Positions 1 to 9,830 of a stretch of 64,000 bases of DNA are shown in pieces. The DNA is from a virus. Position numbers and translations under genes: made by a program. The notes below the pieces were generated by a model. It made no database searches. It was given only the letters and a program-made list of their open reading frames with translations, and was not told where the DNA came from. Where the stretch lies: IMG/VR virus record IMGVR_UViG_3300032245_000936, positions 1 to 64,000 of that record; one strand, given 5' to 3'. Numbering within the stretch: the first letter of the stretch is position 1; every line of letters starts with the position of its first letter.

Positions 1-1
1 C

Positions 2-574
2 ACAACAGGCATGGTAACCAAACAATGTGTAGCTAAACACCGCAAACATCACAGATACAGAGACTAGCCAGGCGATCCGCACAGTCCTCATGTGTATTGG
101 ATTAAAAGAGTTTTTTTTAAGGGAGCAGTATTATATCATGAAGCATCAAAAGATAAAGCTATGGTTGATTCATATGGTGTTGGTACTCCTGATGATTGGA
201 TGGAGCTTCACGTATACACTCCTCACTCCCGACTTGGCATTGGCATTCTCCTTTTGCTCAACCTCGCTATCTTTGGGTGGATTGGCGCCATAGTATGGGG
301 CATACAAATGATATGGATTCCGTTCTGGGCCGCAGGAGTTATCAACGGTGTTGCACACTGGTGGGGGTATCGCAATGGAGAGACTAGAGACCAAAGTAGA
401 AATTTGGTTCCTTTTGGCATTATCATTGGCGGTGAAGAGCTTCACAATAATCATCATCTTGCGCCTGCTGATCCAAGGCTAAGTCGACGCTGGTTTGAAT
501 TTGATATTGGCTGGCTTTATATCAAAACACTCGAGCACATAGGTTTGGCAAAACTGCGTGTTGCTAATTCCTAA
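2..574 (+). CDS. Fatty acid (delta-9-like) desaturase, 5'-truncated by the window edge; in-frame TAG at 65-67
   Basis: The frame from base 2 reads TTGMVTKQCVAKHRKHHRYRD*PGDPHSP and continues into ORF 92-574. It has His boxes HRKHH and GEELHNNHH and the WFEFDIGW tail. The stop lies among several non-consensus residues near the sequence end. Confidence 0.85.
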
Positions 575-589
575 AACAAACTGTATAAT
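561..589 (+). promoter_or_regulatory. Putative sigma70-type promoter
   Basis: TTGCTA-17bp-TATAAT upstream of the RBS and ATG at 612. Confidence 0.55.
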
Positions 590-611
590 CAATCAACTGG
601 AGGAAATTCAA

Positions 612-872
612 ATGACAGCACGTATGTTTAGCGGCGATCAAAAGCTGAAACTAACACAACTTATCAATGAAGGCATGCAGGTCATGCGTGAAGTTGAAGA
701 TCTCAGCGAAGGACTCAATGACACAGTCAAGGCCATCGCAGAAGAACTAGAAATCAAACCCGCTGTGCTTAAAAAAGCAATTCGCATTGCACACAAAGCA
801 GAGTTGGGCAAACACAACCAAGACCACGAGGAATTGAATACCATCCTCGAAACAGTGGGTAAAACTCTTTGA
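612..872 (+). CDS. Small helical DNA-binding protein, T4 DsbA/GapR-like
   Basis: GGAGG RBS before ATG 612; helical pattern LNDTVKAIAEELEIKPAVLKKAIRIAHK. Confidence 0.5.
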   Translation: MTARMFSGDQKLKLTQLINEGMQVMREVEDLSEGLNDTVKAIAEELEIKPAVLKKAIRIAHKAELGKHNQDHEELNTILETVGKTL

Positions 873-1159
873 CCGAAGTACTGAGTGGAACCCTTAACTG
901 GATCAAGGAAGATTACAAAAGCGATCGAGTTCGCTTTTGTTTTGAGGTCCTTGCTTGGGCTATATCTATTGGCTGCTCTCTCACTATGGCCCTCACCGTG
1001 CCTAATCCACCCCTTCTTTACATGTACCCTGTTTGGATTGCAGGCTGTGCTATATACGCTGGGTGTGCTTATAGTCGGGGTTCCTTTGGTATGCTGGCTA
1101 ATTACATTCTTCTTACCACAATCGACACAGTAGGTTTGGTAAGAATGTTAATGCAATAA
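869..1159 (+). CDS. Small membrane protein (about 3 TM)
   Basis: Hydrophobic segments; overlaps the upstream stop. Confidence 0.7.
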   Translation: MTEVLSGTLNWIKEDYKSDRVRFCFEVLAWAISIGCSLTMALTVPNPPLLYMYPVWIAGCAIYAGCAYSRGSFGMLANYILLTTIDTVGLVRMLMQ

Positions 1160-1232
1160 ATATTTTTGTCACGCCAGACAATAAATGGCATGTAGAGTGT
1201 GTGTGAGCTAGAAGTCGCACAAAAGGAGAAAA
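1157..1232 (+). promoter_or_regulatory. Polymerase leader: TAAATA box, two hairpins, SD
   Basis: TAAATA 1157-1162; GCCA/TGGC 1173-1189; TGTGTGA/TCGCACA stem 1200-1221 with 8-nt loop; AGGAG 1224-1228. Confidence 0.55.
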
Positions 1233-3893
1233 ATGAGTTACGTCGACGCATTGTTTGACCGTGATAAAGATCGTATTCACGTTGTAGAGCGTGTTAATGG
1301 TCAAAGAGAATATCGTGAATATCCGGCAGACTATATTTTTTACTATGATGATCCACGCGGCAAGTTCCGCACCATATACGGCACACCCGTAAGCCGTTTC
1401 AATACTCGCAACAGCAAAGAATATCACAAGGAACTGCGTGTGAACTCAGGCAAGCGTGTCTGGGAGAGTGATATCAATCCTGTGTTTCGTTGTCTAGAGG
1501 CCAACTACCTAGGTGCTCAGTCCCCTAAACTACAAACAGCATTCTTTGACATTGAGGTAGACTTTGATCCACTGCGTGGATTCAGCAAGCCAGATGATCC
1601 ATTCAATGCTGTTACAGCTATCACTTGCTACATGGACTGGCTGGATAAAACCATTACTCTAGTCACGCCGCCCAAGAGCATGAGTTGGGAAACTGCTGAA
1701 GAGATTGCGGCTAAATTTGACAACTGTTTTTTGTTTGATCGGGAAGCAGATTTAATCAGCACATTCTTAGACCTTATACAAGATGCAGACATTGTGAGTG
1801 GTTGGAACTCAGAAGGTTTTGATATTCCCTACATGGTCATGCGTACCAATCGTGTGCTGAGCAAAGATGATACAAGACGTTTCTGTTTGTGGGGACAACT
1901 GCCCAAGCAACGTACCTTTGAACGTTTTGGTGCAGAGAATCTAACGTTTGACTTGATTGGTCGTGTGCATCTTGACTACATGCAACTGTATCGCAAGTAC
2001 ACATACGAAGAACGTCACAGCTACAGTCTAGATGCTATTGCTGAATATGAACTAGACGAACGCAAGACACAGTATGAAGGCACACTAGATCAACTGTACA
2101 ACAAAGACTTTGAAACCTTTATTGAATACAACAGGCAAGATACCATGCTGTTGGCACGGTTGGATAAGAAACTCAAGTTCCTGGATCTAGCCAACGAACT
2201 AGCACATGAAAACACAGTTTTGCTACAGACCACAATGGGTGCTGTGGCAGTTACAGAACAGGCTATTATCAACGAAGCACACCAGCTGGGCTTGATTGTG
2301 CCTAATCGTACCAATAGAGACAGTCAAGGAGATACTCAGGCAGCAGGTGCTTACGTGGCATTTCCCAAACGAGGTATGCACGACTGGGTAGGTGCAATTG
2401 ACATCAACTCACTGTATCCATCTGCAATTCGAGCCTGTAACATGGGACCAGAAACCATTGTAGGACAACTGCGTCCTATCATGACTGATCGGTACATCAA
2501 GGACAAAATGGACTCTGGTAGTAGTTTTGCTGATGCGTGGGAAAATATGTTTGGCACTCTTGAGTATACTGCTGTAATGGAATGCCAGCCTGGCACAGAA
2601 CTTACCATTGACTGGGAAGGTGGTGATTCAACCATACACTCAGCGGCCGACGTTTGGAAGCTGATATTTGATAGTCGTCAGCCCTGGATCCTCACTGCCA
2701 ATGGCACCATAATGACCTATGAAAAGAAAGGCGTTATTCCGGGCCTGTTGGAACGATGGTATGCTGAACGTAAAGAACTGCAAGCCAAGAAGAAGGAGGC
2801 AGTAACTGATGAAGACAAAGCATTCTGGGACAAGCGACAGCTGGTCAAGAAAATTAACCTTAACAGTCTCTACGGAGCAATTCTCAACCCTGGCTGTCGT
2901 TTCTTCGATAAAAGAATTGGTCAATCAACTACTCTTACTGGACGAATCATTGCCCGGCACATGGATGCTTATGTTAACGAGTGCATCACAGGAGTTTACG
3001 ATCATGTCGGCGAAGCAATTATCTATGGAGACACTGATAGCTGTTATTTTACAGCGTGGCCTGCCATTAAAGATGAAGTGGCCGCAGGACGTATGGAATG
3101 GAACAAGGACACCTGTGTTCAGCTTTATGACTCCATCGCCGAGCAAGTTAACGCCAGCTTCCCTGCGTTTATGGAACGAGCATGTCACTGTCCACGCAAC
3201 ATGGGCGAGCTAATCAAAGGCGGTCGAGAACTCGTAGCAGAAAAAGGTCTATACATTAAGAAGAAGCGTTATGCTGTGTTAATCTATGATCTTGAAGGCA
3301 AACGACTGGACACACATGGCAAGCCAGGCAAGGTAAAAGCCATGGGCTTGGACCTCAAGCGTTCGGACACGCCTAAGGTTGTGCAAGACTTCTTGAGCTC
3401 GTTACTAACAGATGTACTAACCGGCTGTGCCAAAGAGCATGTGTACGATAAAGTTCGTGAATTTAAACTACTGTTCCAAGATCGTCCTGCGTGGGAAAAA
3501 GGCACACCCAAGCGTGTGAACAATTTGACCAAGTTCACCAAGGAAGAAGAACGGCTAGGTCGTGCCAACATGCCAGGACATGTACGTGCAGCCATGAACT
3601 GGAACAATCTCAAGCGTATGTACGGCGACAACTACAGCCAAAGCATTGTGGATGGTATGAAAACCATTGTGTGCAAACTCAAAGACAATCCACTGGGCTA
3701 TACGTCTGTGGGTTACCCAACTGATGAAACACACATTCCCGCTTGGTTTAAAGACTTGCCGTTTGACGATGCACTAATGGAAACAACCATTGTGGATCAA
3801 AAGGTAGAAAACCTGTTGGGTGTGCTGGATTGGAAGATTCCAGAAAACACTGACATCGCAACCACTTTTAGTAACCTGTTTACCTTTGAATAA
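1233..3893 (+). CDS. Family B DNA polymerase (T4 gp43-like)
   Basis: Exo motifs FFDIEVD, GWNSEGFDIPY, YNRQD; pol motifs DINSLYPS, KINLNSLYG, YGDTDS, KKRY. Confidence 0.97.
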   Translation: MSYVDALFDRDKDRIHVVERVNGQREYREYPADYIFYYDDPRGKFRTIYGTPVSRFNTRNSKEYHKELRVNSGKRVWESDINPVFRCLEANYLGAQSPKLQTAFFDIEVDFDPLRGFSKPDDPFNAVTAITCYMDWLDKTITLVTPPKSMSWETAEEIAAKFDNCFLFDREADLISTFLDLIQDADIVSGWNSEGFDIPYMVMRTNRVLSKDDTRRFCLWGQLPKQRTFERFGAENLTFDLIGRVHLDYMQLYRKYTYEERHSYSLDAIAEYELDERKTQYEGTLDQLYNKDFETFIEYNRQDTMLLARLDKKLKFLDLANELAHENTVLLQTTMGAVAVTEQAIINEAHQLGLIVPNRTNRDSQGDTQAAGAYVAFPKRGMHDWVGAIDINSLYPSAIRACNMGPETIVGQLRPIMTDRYIKDKMDSGSSFADAWENMFGTLEYTAVMECQPGTELTIDWEGGDSTIHSAADVWKLIFDSRQPWILTANGTIMTYEKKGVIPGLLERWYAERKELQAKKKEAVTDEDKAFWDKRQLVKKINLNSLYGAILNPGCRFFDKRIGQSTTLTGRIIARHMDAYVNECITGVYDHVGEAIIYGDTDSCYFTAWPAIKDEVAAGRMEWNKDTCVQLYDSIAEQVNASFPAFMERACHCPRNMGELIKGGRELVAEKGLYIKKKRYAVLIYDLEGKRLDTHGKPGKVKAMGLDLKRSDTPKVVQDFLSSLLTDVLTGCAKEHVYDKVREFKLLFQDRPAWEKGTPKRVNNLTKFTKEEERLGRANMPGHVRAAMNWNNLKRMYGDNYSQSIVDGMKTIVCKLKDNPLGYTSVGYPTDETHIPAWFKDLPFDDALMETTIVDQKVENLLGVLDWKIPENTDIATTFSNLFTFE

Positions 3894-3907
3894 TTTTTTC
3901 AATACCG

Positions 3908-3937
3908 TTGACAGGTCTAAATAAAATCATCTACAAT
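3908..3937 (+). promoter_or_regulatory. Composite promoter (sigma70-type with embedded TAAATA)
   Basis: TTGACA-18bp-TACAAT with TAAATA in the spacer. Confidence 0.65.
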
Positions 3938-3958
3938 CAACACTATAGGAGAATTTCA

Positions 3959-4693
3959 ATGAAAGATTACTTACAAGACATCGTACAACACACACATAGC
4001 CTGGGAATTATTGACACTATCAAAATCACTGGCACAGATCAAGAAACCACAATTGACACTATTGCAGAAGACCGTAGTGTTATTGTAGAGGCAAAATTCA
4101 AAAGCCCCATGCCAGACTTTGTTGGCGTATTTGGTATGCCTAATCTGGGCAAGCTGAACACCATTATTAACATTCCTGAATACAAAGAAGATGCTAAACT
4201 CAGCATCAACACACAGGATCGCAATGGCACCAAAGTACCAGTGGGCTTGCACTTTGAAAACAAAGCAGGTGACTTCAAGAATGACTATCGCTTTATGACC
4301 AGCGAAGTTATCAACGAAAAAATCAAAAAAGCAGTAATGGTTCGCCAGCTCAAGTATCATGTGGAATTCAACCCAAGCGTTAGTTCTATTCAAAAGATGA
4401 AGTTTATGGCCAGTGCCAATAGCGAAGAAACTACATTTGTTGCCAAGACTGAAAACAATCAACTGAAGTTTTTCTTTGGTGATCACTCCAGCCATGCAGG
4501 TAACTTTGTGTTCCAAGATGGTGTTACTGGTACATTGAGCAAAGGCTGGAACTGGCCAGTGGGTGCTGTGATTGGTATCCTAGGCCTCAGTGGCGACAAG
4601 AGCATGAAGATTAGCGATGACGGCTTGATGCAGATCACTGTGGACAGCGGGCTAATTGAATACACTTACAAATTGCCAGCACAAAGCAAATGA
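3959..4693 (+). CDS. Conserved phage protein, possible DNA sliding clamp (gp45-like)
   Basis: About 244 aa, alpha/beta pattern, directly after the polymerase; AGGAG RBS. Function inferred from size and context only. Confidence 0.45.
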   Translation: MKDYLQDIVQHTHSLGIIDTIKITGTDQETTIDTIAEDRSVIVEAKFKSPMPDFVGVFGMPNLGKLNTIINIPEYKEDAKLSINTQDRNGTKVPVGLHFENKAGDFKNDYRFMTSEVINEKIKKAVMVRQLKYHVEFNPSVSSIQKMKFMASANSEETTFVAKTENNQLKFFFGDHSSHAGNFVFQDGVTGTLSKGWNWPVGAVIGILGLSGDKSMKISDDGLMQITVDSGLIEYTYKLPAQSK

Positions 4694-5046
4694 TCAAAGG
4701 CCTAACTCAGTCTGGCAAATACACAGTGGTAACTGGTGGCAACACCAGTATGCCCTATGTTAATCAAAATGCCAATAATCCCATACAAGGCATGATACGT
4801 ATCTGGGGCAATGACATGCAGGTGTTTGATGGCTCGAGCTGGCTCAACATGAGTACCAGTTATGCCAGTGTGGGACTAACACAGGAAGCAGATGAGTTAC
4901 TTGACTGGGCTAGAAAAAAGCGCCAAGAAGAAGTTAATCTCAAGATGCGAATGGCGGAGCACCCTGGCCTAAAAGATGCCTATGAAAAGTTCAAGATAAT
5001 GGACGCACTTACATTAGAAGAAGAGAAGCATGGACAAGAAGCCTGA
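4690..5046 (+). CDS. Hypothetical protein
   Basis: ATGA-coupled ORF, 118 aa. Confidence 0.7.
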   Translation: MIKGLTQSGKYTVVTGGNTSMPYVNQNANNPIQGMIRIWGNDMQVFDGSSWLNMSTSYASVGLTQEADELLDWARKKRQEEVNLKMRMAEHPGLKDAYEKFKIMDALTLEEEKHGQEA

Positions 5047-6595
5047 ACAAGATGATTTAACCAGCAAGCAGAATGACTATGCTGTGTTCTTGCCAGCTAT
5101 CAGTGGCTTCTATGCTACGTTCATAGGCAAACAACAGGCAACAGGCAACTATGTTGATCCTGCTCGTATGCCAGCAGGTATCCAAGACATGGACATGATG
5201 AACTGGTTGGATAGTCAAAAAGGTCTGTTCCCATACAAGTGGAGCCTTTACTCAGGTGGTCATGCTAACCTGGATCTAAACAAAGTTGACCCAAGCGAAG
5301 ACATGGTACGTAAGCGTGAGCCAGGTACATTCATGCTAGGCGACTCTGGTGGATTCCAGATTGCCAAGGGCCTGTGGGAAGGTGACTGGAAGGCTAACTC
5401 TGGTTGTGCCAAAGCTGAAAAGAAACGCAGTTCTATCTTAAAATGGTTAGACGGTATTGCTGACTATGGTATGATTCTTGATATACCAACTTGGGTTATA
5501 CATGATAAAAATGCCAGCGACAAATGCGGAATCAAAACACTAGAAGAAGCAGTGGCCGCTACCAAGTACAACAACGAGTACTTCATGAAGAACCGCAAGG
5601 GCAAGAATAACGGCGGTGCTAAATTCTTGAACGTGCTACAAGGTGACAATCATCCATCAGCTGATGCTTGGTACCAGGAAATGAAAGTTTTCTGCGACCC
5701 TGCTGTGTACCCAGATACACATTTTGATGGTTGGGCCATGGGTGGTCAGAACATGTGTGATGTACACTTGGTGCTTCGACGATTGGTAGAATTACGCTAT
5801 GATAATCTGTTGCAGGAAGGTGTTCATGATTGGATGCACTTTTTAGGCACAAGCAAACTAGAATGGGCAGTATTGCTCACTGACATCCAACGAGCTGTGA
5901 GAAAATATGTTAACCCTGCTTTTACTATTTCTTTTGACTGTGCTAGTCCTTTCTTAGCCACTGCTAACGGACAGGTATATCACCATATTGATTTGCCACA
6001 CAATGACAAGTGGTGTTATCGTATGAGTCCAATTGTAGATGACAAGAAGTATTCTGCAGATACTCGTGCGTTTGGACCTGCTGTGGTAGCAGATGGCTTG
6101 ATCAATCACTTTGATGAAAGTCCAATCAGCTCTCGCATAACCATGAAAGATGTTTGCGTGTACAAGCCAGGCGATCTTAACAAGATTGGCAAGGAAGGCA
6201 AGACTTCATGGGATAGTTTTAGTTACGCATTACTAATGGGTCATAATGTTTGGACGCACATTGAATCAGTGCAACGTGCTAATCGTGAATACGATGCTGG
6301 TAATCATCCCAAGATGATGCGCTACAGTGGCCCAGGACATGAACGTTTCAAAGACATTGTGGATAGTATTTTTGCCGCACCAGACAAGCAAACAGCATTA
6401 GACATAATCGAACACTACAACAAGTATTGGATGGAAATCATTGGTACTCGTGGGTTCAAAGGAAAGAAAACAGTCAGCGCAAGGCCTGTTTTCAATACAT
6501 TATTCACTTTTGAAGAGGAGCCTCAAGATGAGGAAGTGGAAGAAACTTTGGATGAAAGTGCATTGGAGCAACTTCTCGAAAGAACAGCTAACTGA
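5030..6595 (+). CDS. dpdA: TGT-fold 7-deazaguanine DNA transglycosylase (DpdA-like)
   Basis: TGT motifs LGDSGGFQ, MILDIP, NVLQG, GWAMGG, MHFLG, SFDCAS; no CxCxxC Zn site; folE, queD and queE in the same arm. Confidence 0.8.
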   Translation: MDKKPEQDDLTSKQNDYAVFLPAISGFYATFIGKQQATGNYVDPARMPAGIQDMDMMNWLDSQKGLFPYKWSLYSGGHANLDLNKVDPSEDMVRKREPGTFMLGDSGGFQIAKGLWEGDWKANSGCAKAEKKRSSILKWLDGIADYGMILDIPTWVIHDKNASDKCGIKTLEEAVAATKYNNEYFMKNRKGKNNGGAKFLNVLQGDNHPSADAWYQEMKVFCDPAVYPDTHFDGWAMGGQNMCDVHLVLRRLVELRYDNLLQEGVHDWMHFLGTSKLEWAVLLTDIQRAVRKYVNPAFTISFDCASPFLATANGQVYHHIDLPHNDKWCYRMSPIVDDKKYSADTRAFGPAVVADGLINHFDESPISSRITMKDVCVYKPGDLNKIGKEGKTSWDSFSYALLMGHNVWTHIESVQRANREYDAGNHPKMMRYSGPGHERFKDIVDSIFAAPDKQTALDIIEHYNKYWMEIIGTRGFKGKKTVSARPVFNTLFTFEEEPQDEEVEETLDESALEQLLERTAN

Positions 6596-6614
6596 AGCCG
6601 AAAAGGAGATTGAA

Positions 6615-6800
6615 ATGGGAGATTGGCATAATCGAATCAAACATCTAGAAGAAGCACATCGAGCATGTGAACTTCAACTGACCCAAATGGAAAAACATCC
6701 TCATGTGGAAGAATTAAAGGTTGCGGAACTCAAGAAGAAGAAGTTACAATTGAAGGACGATATACAACGTCTACAACAGCAACACAAAGGTGAAGCATGA
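6615..6800 (+). CDS. DUF465/YdcH-like coiled-coil protein
   Basis: AGGAG RBS; LEEAH...ELKKKKLQLKDDI pattern. Confidence 0.6.
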   Translation: MGDWHNRIKHLEEAHRACELQLTQMEKHPHVEELKVAELKKKKLQLKDDIQRLQQQHKGEA

Positions 6801-7129
6801 ATTGGTTTGATAAATGGATAGCCAAAAAAGTCCTCAAGGCCTGGGACGATGCAAGGAATCCCAGCTTTGCTATCAGCAAAGGAGAAGCTTTGCATCTTAA
6901 TAGTATAGTAGGTGCCAAGACAGCCAGTTTGGTTAGCCAAGACCGAATGGAGTCTAGCCCAGACTTGAACTTTCGAATGTTCCGTGCAGAAAATGGTTAC
7001 ATCATGGAAGTACGCCAATATGACAAACGCACAGATCGTCATACTCACAATCTACATCTCATCCCCGACAGTGCCGATCTAGGCCAAAGCATCGGGCACA
7101 TTATCACAGTTGAATCACTAAAGGTATAG
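6797..7129 (+). CDS. Hypothetical protein
   Basis: ATGA-coupled ORF. Confidence 0.7.
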   Translation: MNWFDKWIAKKVLKAWDDARNPSFAISKGEALHLNSIVGAKTASLVSQDRMESSPDLNFRMFRAENGYIMEVRQYDKRTDRHTHNLHLIPDSADLGQSIGHIITVESLKV

Positions 7130-7131
7130 TA

Positions 7132-7647
7132 ATGGATCGTCCGGAGCACGAAGGCGCTGACTTTTTTATCGGCACTGAAGTAGAACACTCTCCTGCGTAC
7201 GGTATGCGTACACTGTTTGTAATTGGATTGCAAGATCCAGCAAAAATTGTGGGCATGGCACAGAAGAACAACTGCGAGCACATTTATTTTGGTGCAAACA
7301 TGAGTTTTCCTAACCCTGCAACCAACGATGCTGACATGTGGCGTGCCTGGGAAACCATGATTGGTAATTGTCTAATGCACGGAGCATGGTGTACTTTGGA
7401 TGTTGATTCAACTGCGGCCGAAGGTCTTTTGGAAGGATCACTTGTGGATCATGCTAGATTTATTCCAATGATTAGTGTAAAATTACCTTACATTAGACTA
7501 TACGGATACAATGCTACAATCAAAATTGATGACAAAGACTTCCAGGCAACCAATCCTGGTGTATGGTGTCATAGCTTACATGACCTATTAAATCGTGACA
7601 GATTTACTGACTGGTCTAAATATACTCAAGACGAGGTAATCAAATGA
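7132..7647 (+). CDS. Hypothetical enzyme-like protein in the dpdA cluster
   Basis: 171 aa alpha/beta protein; motifs HIYFGAN and TNPGVWCH. Confidence 0.7.
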   Translation: MDRPEHEGADFFIGTEVEHSPAYGMRTLFVIGLQDPAKIVGMAQKNNCEHIYFGANMSFPNPATNDADMWRAWETMIGNCLMHGAWCTLDVDSTAAEGLLEGSLVDHARFIPMISVKLPYIRLYGYNATIKIDDKDFQATNPGVWCHSLHDLLNRDRFTDWSKYTQDEVIK

Positions 7648-7847
7648 AAACATTTTTAATTAGAGACGAGAATGCTTTTAAACTACGTGCTAAAGTTTAC
7701 AAGTGCGATGGAATCAAAGATCTCAACTGTATTGAATTCACAGGCGAACAGTACAACAATGATGGTGACTTAACTGACACCAGCACATATCAGTTCTTCT
7801 TAGAAGACACTCATGTCAAAGCCATGGTCGAAGGCCTAACAGCATGA
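7644..7847 (+). CDS. Hypothetical protein
   Basis: ATGA-coupled at both ends. Confidence 0.65.
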   Translation: MKTFLIRDENAFKLRAKVYKCDGIKDLNCIEFTGEQYNNDGDLTDTSTYQFFLEDTHVKAMVEGLTA

Positions 7848-8308
7848 GCGGTACTTACGAAACAATGAATCAAACTCGAGTAAATATGGATGTAGCAGAT
7901 AGATACATCTGGGTTACTTTTGAGAAAGAAGGCATACATTGCTATCCAGCAGCCGCAACAGATCCACAACTGGCCACAGGGGATGAATACGATGTTTCGT
8001 TCCTTGCTAGTCCTCATCGTCACATTTTCCATTTCAGGGTGTGCATCAGTGTGTTCCACAATGATCGGGACATCGAGTTCATTCAATTCAAGCGATGGCT
8101 CTTATCGCTGTATAATGGTCAAAATTCTGTACTAGCTCTTGACTATAAGTCATGCGAAATGATCGCAGACGACTTATATGTCCAAATCAATTCCCGTTAT
8201 CCTGGCAGACATGTTATAATCAGTGTGAGCGAGGACGATGAGAATGGTTGCGAGATAATGTATCGCGATCCTGCAACCCCAACTAAAACTTTTTACCATC
8301 CCGTATAA
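7844..8308 (+). CDS. dpdL: QueD-paralog T-fold protein, DpdL-like (candidate CDG decarboxylase)
   Basis: EGIH...LASPHRHIF (LxxxHRHxF), SCEMIA, VSEDDENG; a separate canonical QueD is at 16602. Confidence 0.65.
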   Translation: MSGTYETMNQTRVNMDVADRYIWVTFEKEGIHCYPAAATDPQLATGDEYDVSFLASPHRHIFHFRVCISVFHNDRDIEFIQFKRWLLSLYNGQNSVLALDYKSCEMIADDLYVQINSRYPGRHVIISVSEDDENGCEIMYRDPATPTKTFYHPV

Positions 8309-8317
8309 TAGGAGATA

Positions 8318-8626
8318 ATGATGGCACAACCTAAATGGCTCGAGAAATATTTGACCATGAAACCCGAAGTTGCTCAGATTTTTGAGGACTTAGAACAATT
8401 CCGTGAGTTTTGTGCAGACTACGGCCATGTGTTTAATGAAGGCAACCTCTACAATTGGAAAGCTCCGGCTTTTGTAGACTTCATGAGAAAGCGCGAAGGC
8501 AAGTTTATTCGCAATCAATGGGATCGTCGCGATGGTGACCGCGAGCGTAGAAATTTCAAACCACGTGAAGGTGGCCAGGGCGGCTATCGTGGCAACAACT
8601 ATCGGAGCAACTACCGCAATGCGTAA
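8318..8626 (+). CDS. Hypothetical protein with Arg/Gly/Asn/Tyr-rich tail
   Basis: AGGAG RBS; tail REGGQGGYRGNNYRSNYRNA. Confidence 0.7.
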   Translation: MMAQPKWLEKYLTMKPEVAQIFEDLEQFREFCADYGHVFNEGNLYNWKAPAFVDFMRKREGKFIRNQWDRRDGDRERRNFKPREGGQGGYRGNNYRSNYRNA

Positions 8627-9809
8627 ACTCTACTACATGGGCTTGGAGTCTTACAAGGCTCGATATACTCTGCAACTCACAGAGTGGAACAAGCGTGTGT
8701 TTGATCGACGTGGCTTGGATGTAGTGTATGTGCCAGGCTTGACTCTAGACAACAGTCAAAAGATTGTTGTGGGTCAAGTGCTAGACGCACATGGTCGCAG
8801 TTATTTCTCTATGAGTCAGATGATGAACCTAGTTCGTTTGATGCAACAAGGCGAAGTAACTGCACAAGATATTATCTACTTTGAAGACATGTTCCAACCA
8901 GGCTTTGAAAGTCTTGGCTATATTATCAACCAAGTTCCAGCAGAACTACGTCCCAAGATTTATGTACGCTGTTTGGCTCAAGCAATTGATCCAGATGACT
9001 TTGTACACGTTTGGGGCATGGGCAAGTGGATGATGGACTATGAGCGCATGGTCAATGACATTGTGACCGCTTCCGGCGGTGCTGTGCTAGCAACCAATGA
9101 AGAGATGGTCATGCACATGAAGGTGGCAGGTTGGACTGCTCCTATCTATAACATCTCCGGACTTGCATTTGGCAAGAGCGAAGTGCGTGAGCGTATTCCA
9201 GGTGAACTGCGTCCATTTACTGAACGCAAACATCGTGTGGGCTTTGCCGCACGTTGGGATCAAGAGAAACAACCAGACTTCTTTATGGATCTGATTGATG
9301 CTTGGCATGAACGTCATCCAGGTACTGCTGTGGAGTTCTGTTTGTTCTCGGGCGCCGCACTCAAGTCAAACAATGACAGTTACATGGCTCGTACTCGTGC
9401 AATGCAGGCCAGTGGCAGACTGGTAATTCATGAGGACTTGGAAAAGAATGATTACTACAATCTACTCACTGATAGCCGTGTACTATTCAATTGTGCTTTA
9501 CAAGACTGGGTATCTAACACAGTATCAGAAGCTGACACTCTTGGTTGCAACGTGCTCTATCCTGCTTATCGCAGTTTTCCAGAGTCTTTTGGCAATGATC
9601 CAGAACGGTTATATATCCCCTGGAGCATAGAGGATGCAATGAACAAGTTGGAAAAACTGTTGCAAAAGCCACATGCCAATCAAGGCAAGATCAGTGACTG
9701 GACCAACGGCACAGTTGATCGCATTGTTGACATCCTTGAAGGCAAAGGCGAACAGTGGTTGCGTATGAGTACAGACTATCGTAAACACACACACGAAAGT
9801 AAGTTTTGA
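8619..9809 (+). CDS. GT-B (GT4-like) glycosyltransferase
   Basis: FAARWDQEKQP and QDWVSNTVSEADTLGCNVLYP (Ex7E-like donor-binding region); about 396 aa. Confidence 0.75.
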   Translation: MRKLYYMGLESYKARYTLQLTEWNKRVFDRRGLDVVYVPGLTLDNSQKIVVGQVLDAHGRSYFSMSQMMNLVRLMQQGEVTAQDIIYFEDMFQPGFESLGYIINQVPAELRPKIYVRCLAQAIDPDDFVHVWGMGKWMMDYERMVNDIVTASGGAVLATNEEMVMHMKVAGWTAPIYNISGLAFGKSEVRERIPGELRPFTERKHRVGFAARWDQEKQPDFFMDLIDAWHERHPGTAVEFCLFSGAALKSNNDSYMARTRAMQASGRLVIHEDLEKNDYYNLLTDSRVLFNCALQDWVSNTVSEADTLGCNVLYPAYRSFPESFGNDPERLYIPWSIEDAMNKLEKLLQKPHANQGKISDWTNGTVDRIVDILEGKGEQWLRMSTDYRKHTHESKF

Positions 9810-9830
9810 ATTTAATGTAAGGAGAATCGC

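Noticed and set aside
65-67. In-frame TAG in the first desaturase, suggesting amber recoding (TAG=Gln)
   Set aside because: Long genes (polymerase, fibres, rSAMs) have no in-frame TAG, and several genes end at TAG. Nearby codons also deviate from the family consensus, so sequence-end error or local decay is more likely.
1233-3893. Intein or intron in the DNA polymerase
   Set aside because: Length is normal and motifs are contiguous; no splicing or homing-endonuclease signatures.
5030-6595. Ordinary tRNA-guanine transglycosylase for queuosine
   Set aside because: It lacks the Tgt Zn-binding CxCxxC, is long and divergent, lies in the replication module, and no queA, queF or tRNA genes are seen. 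Not formally excluded.
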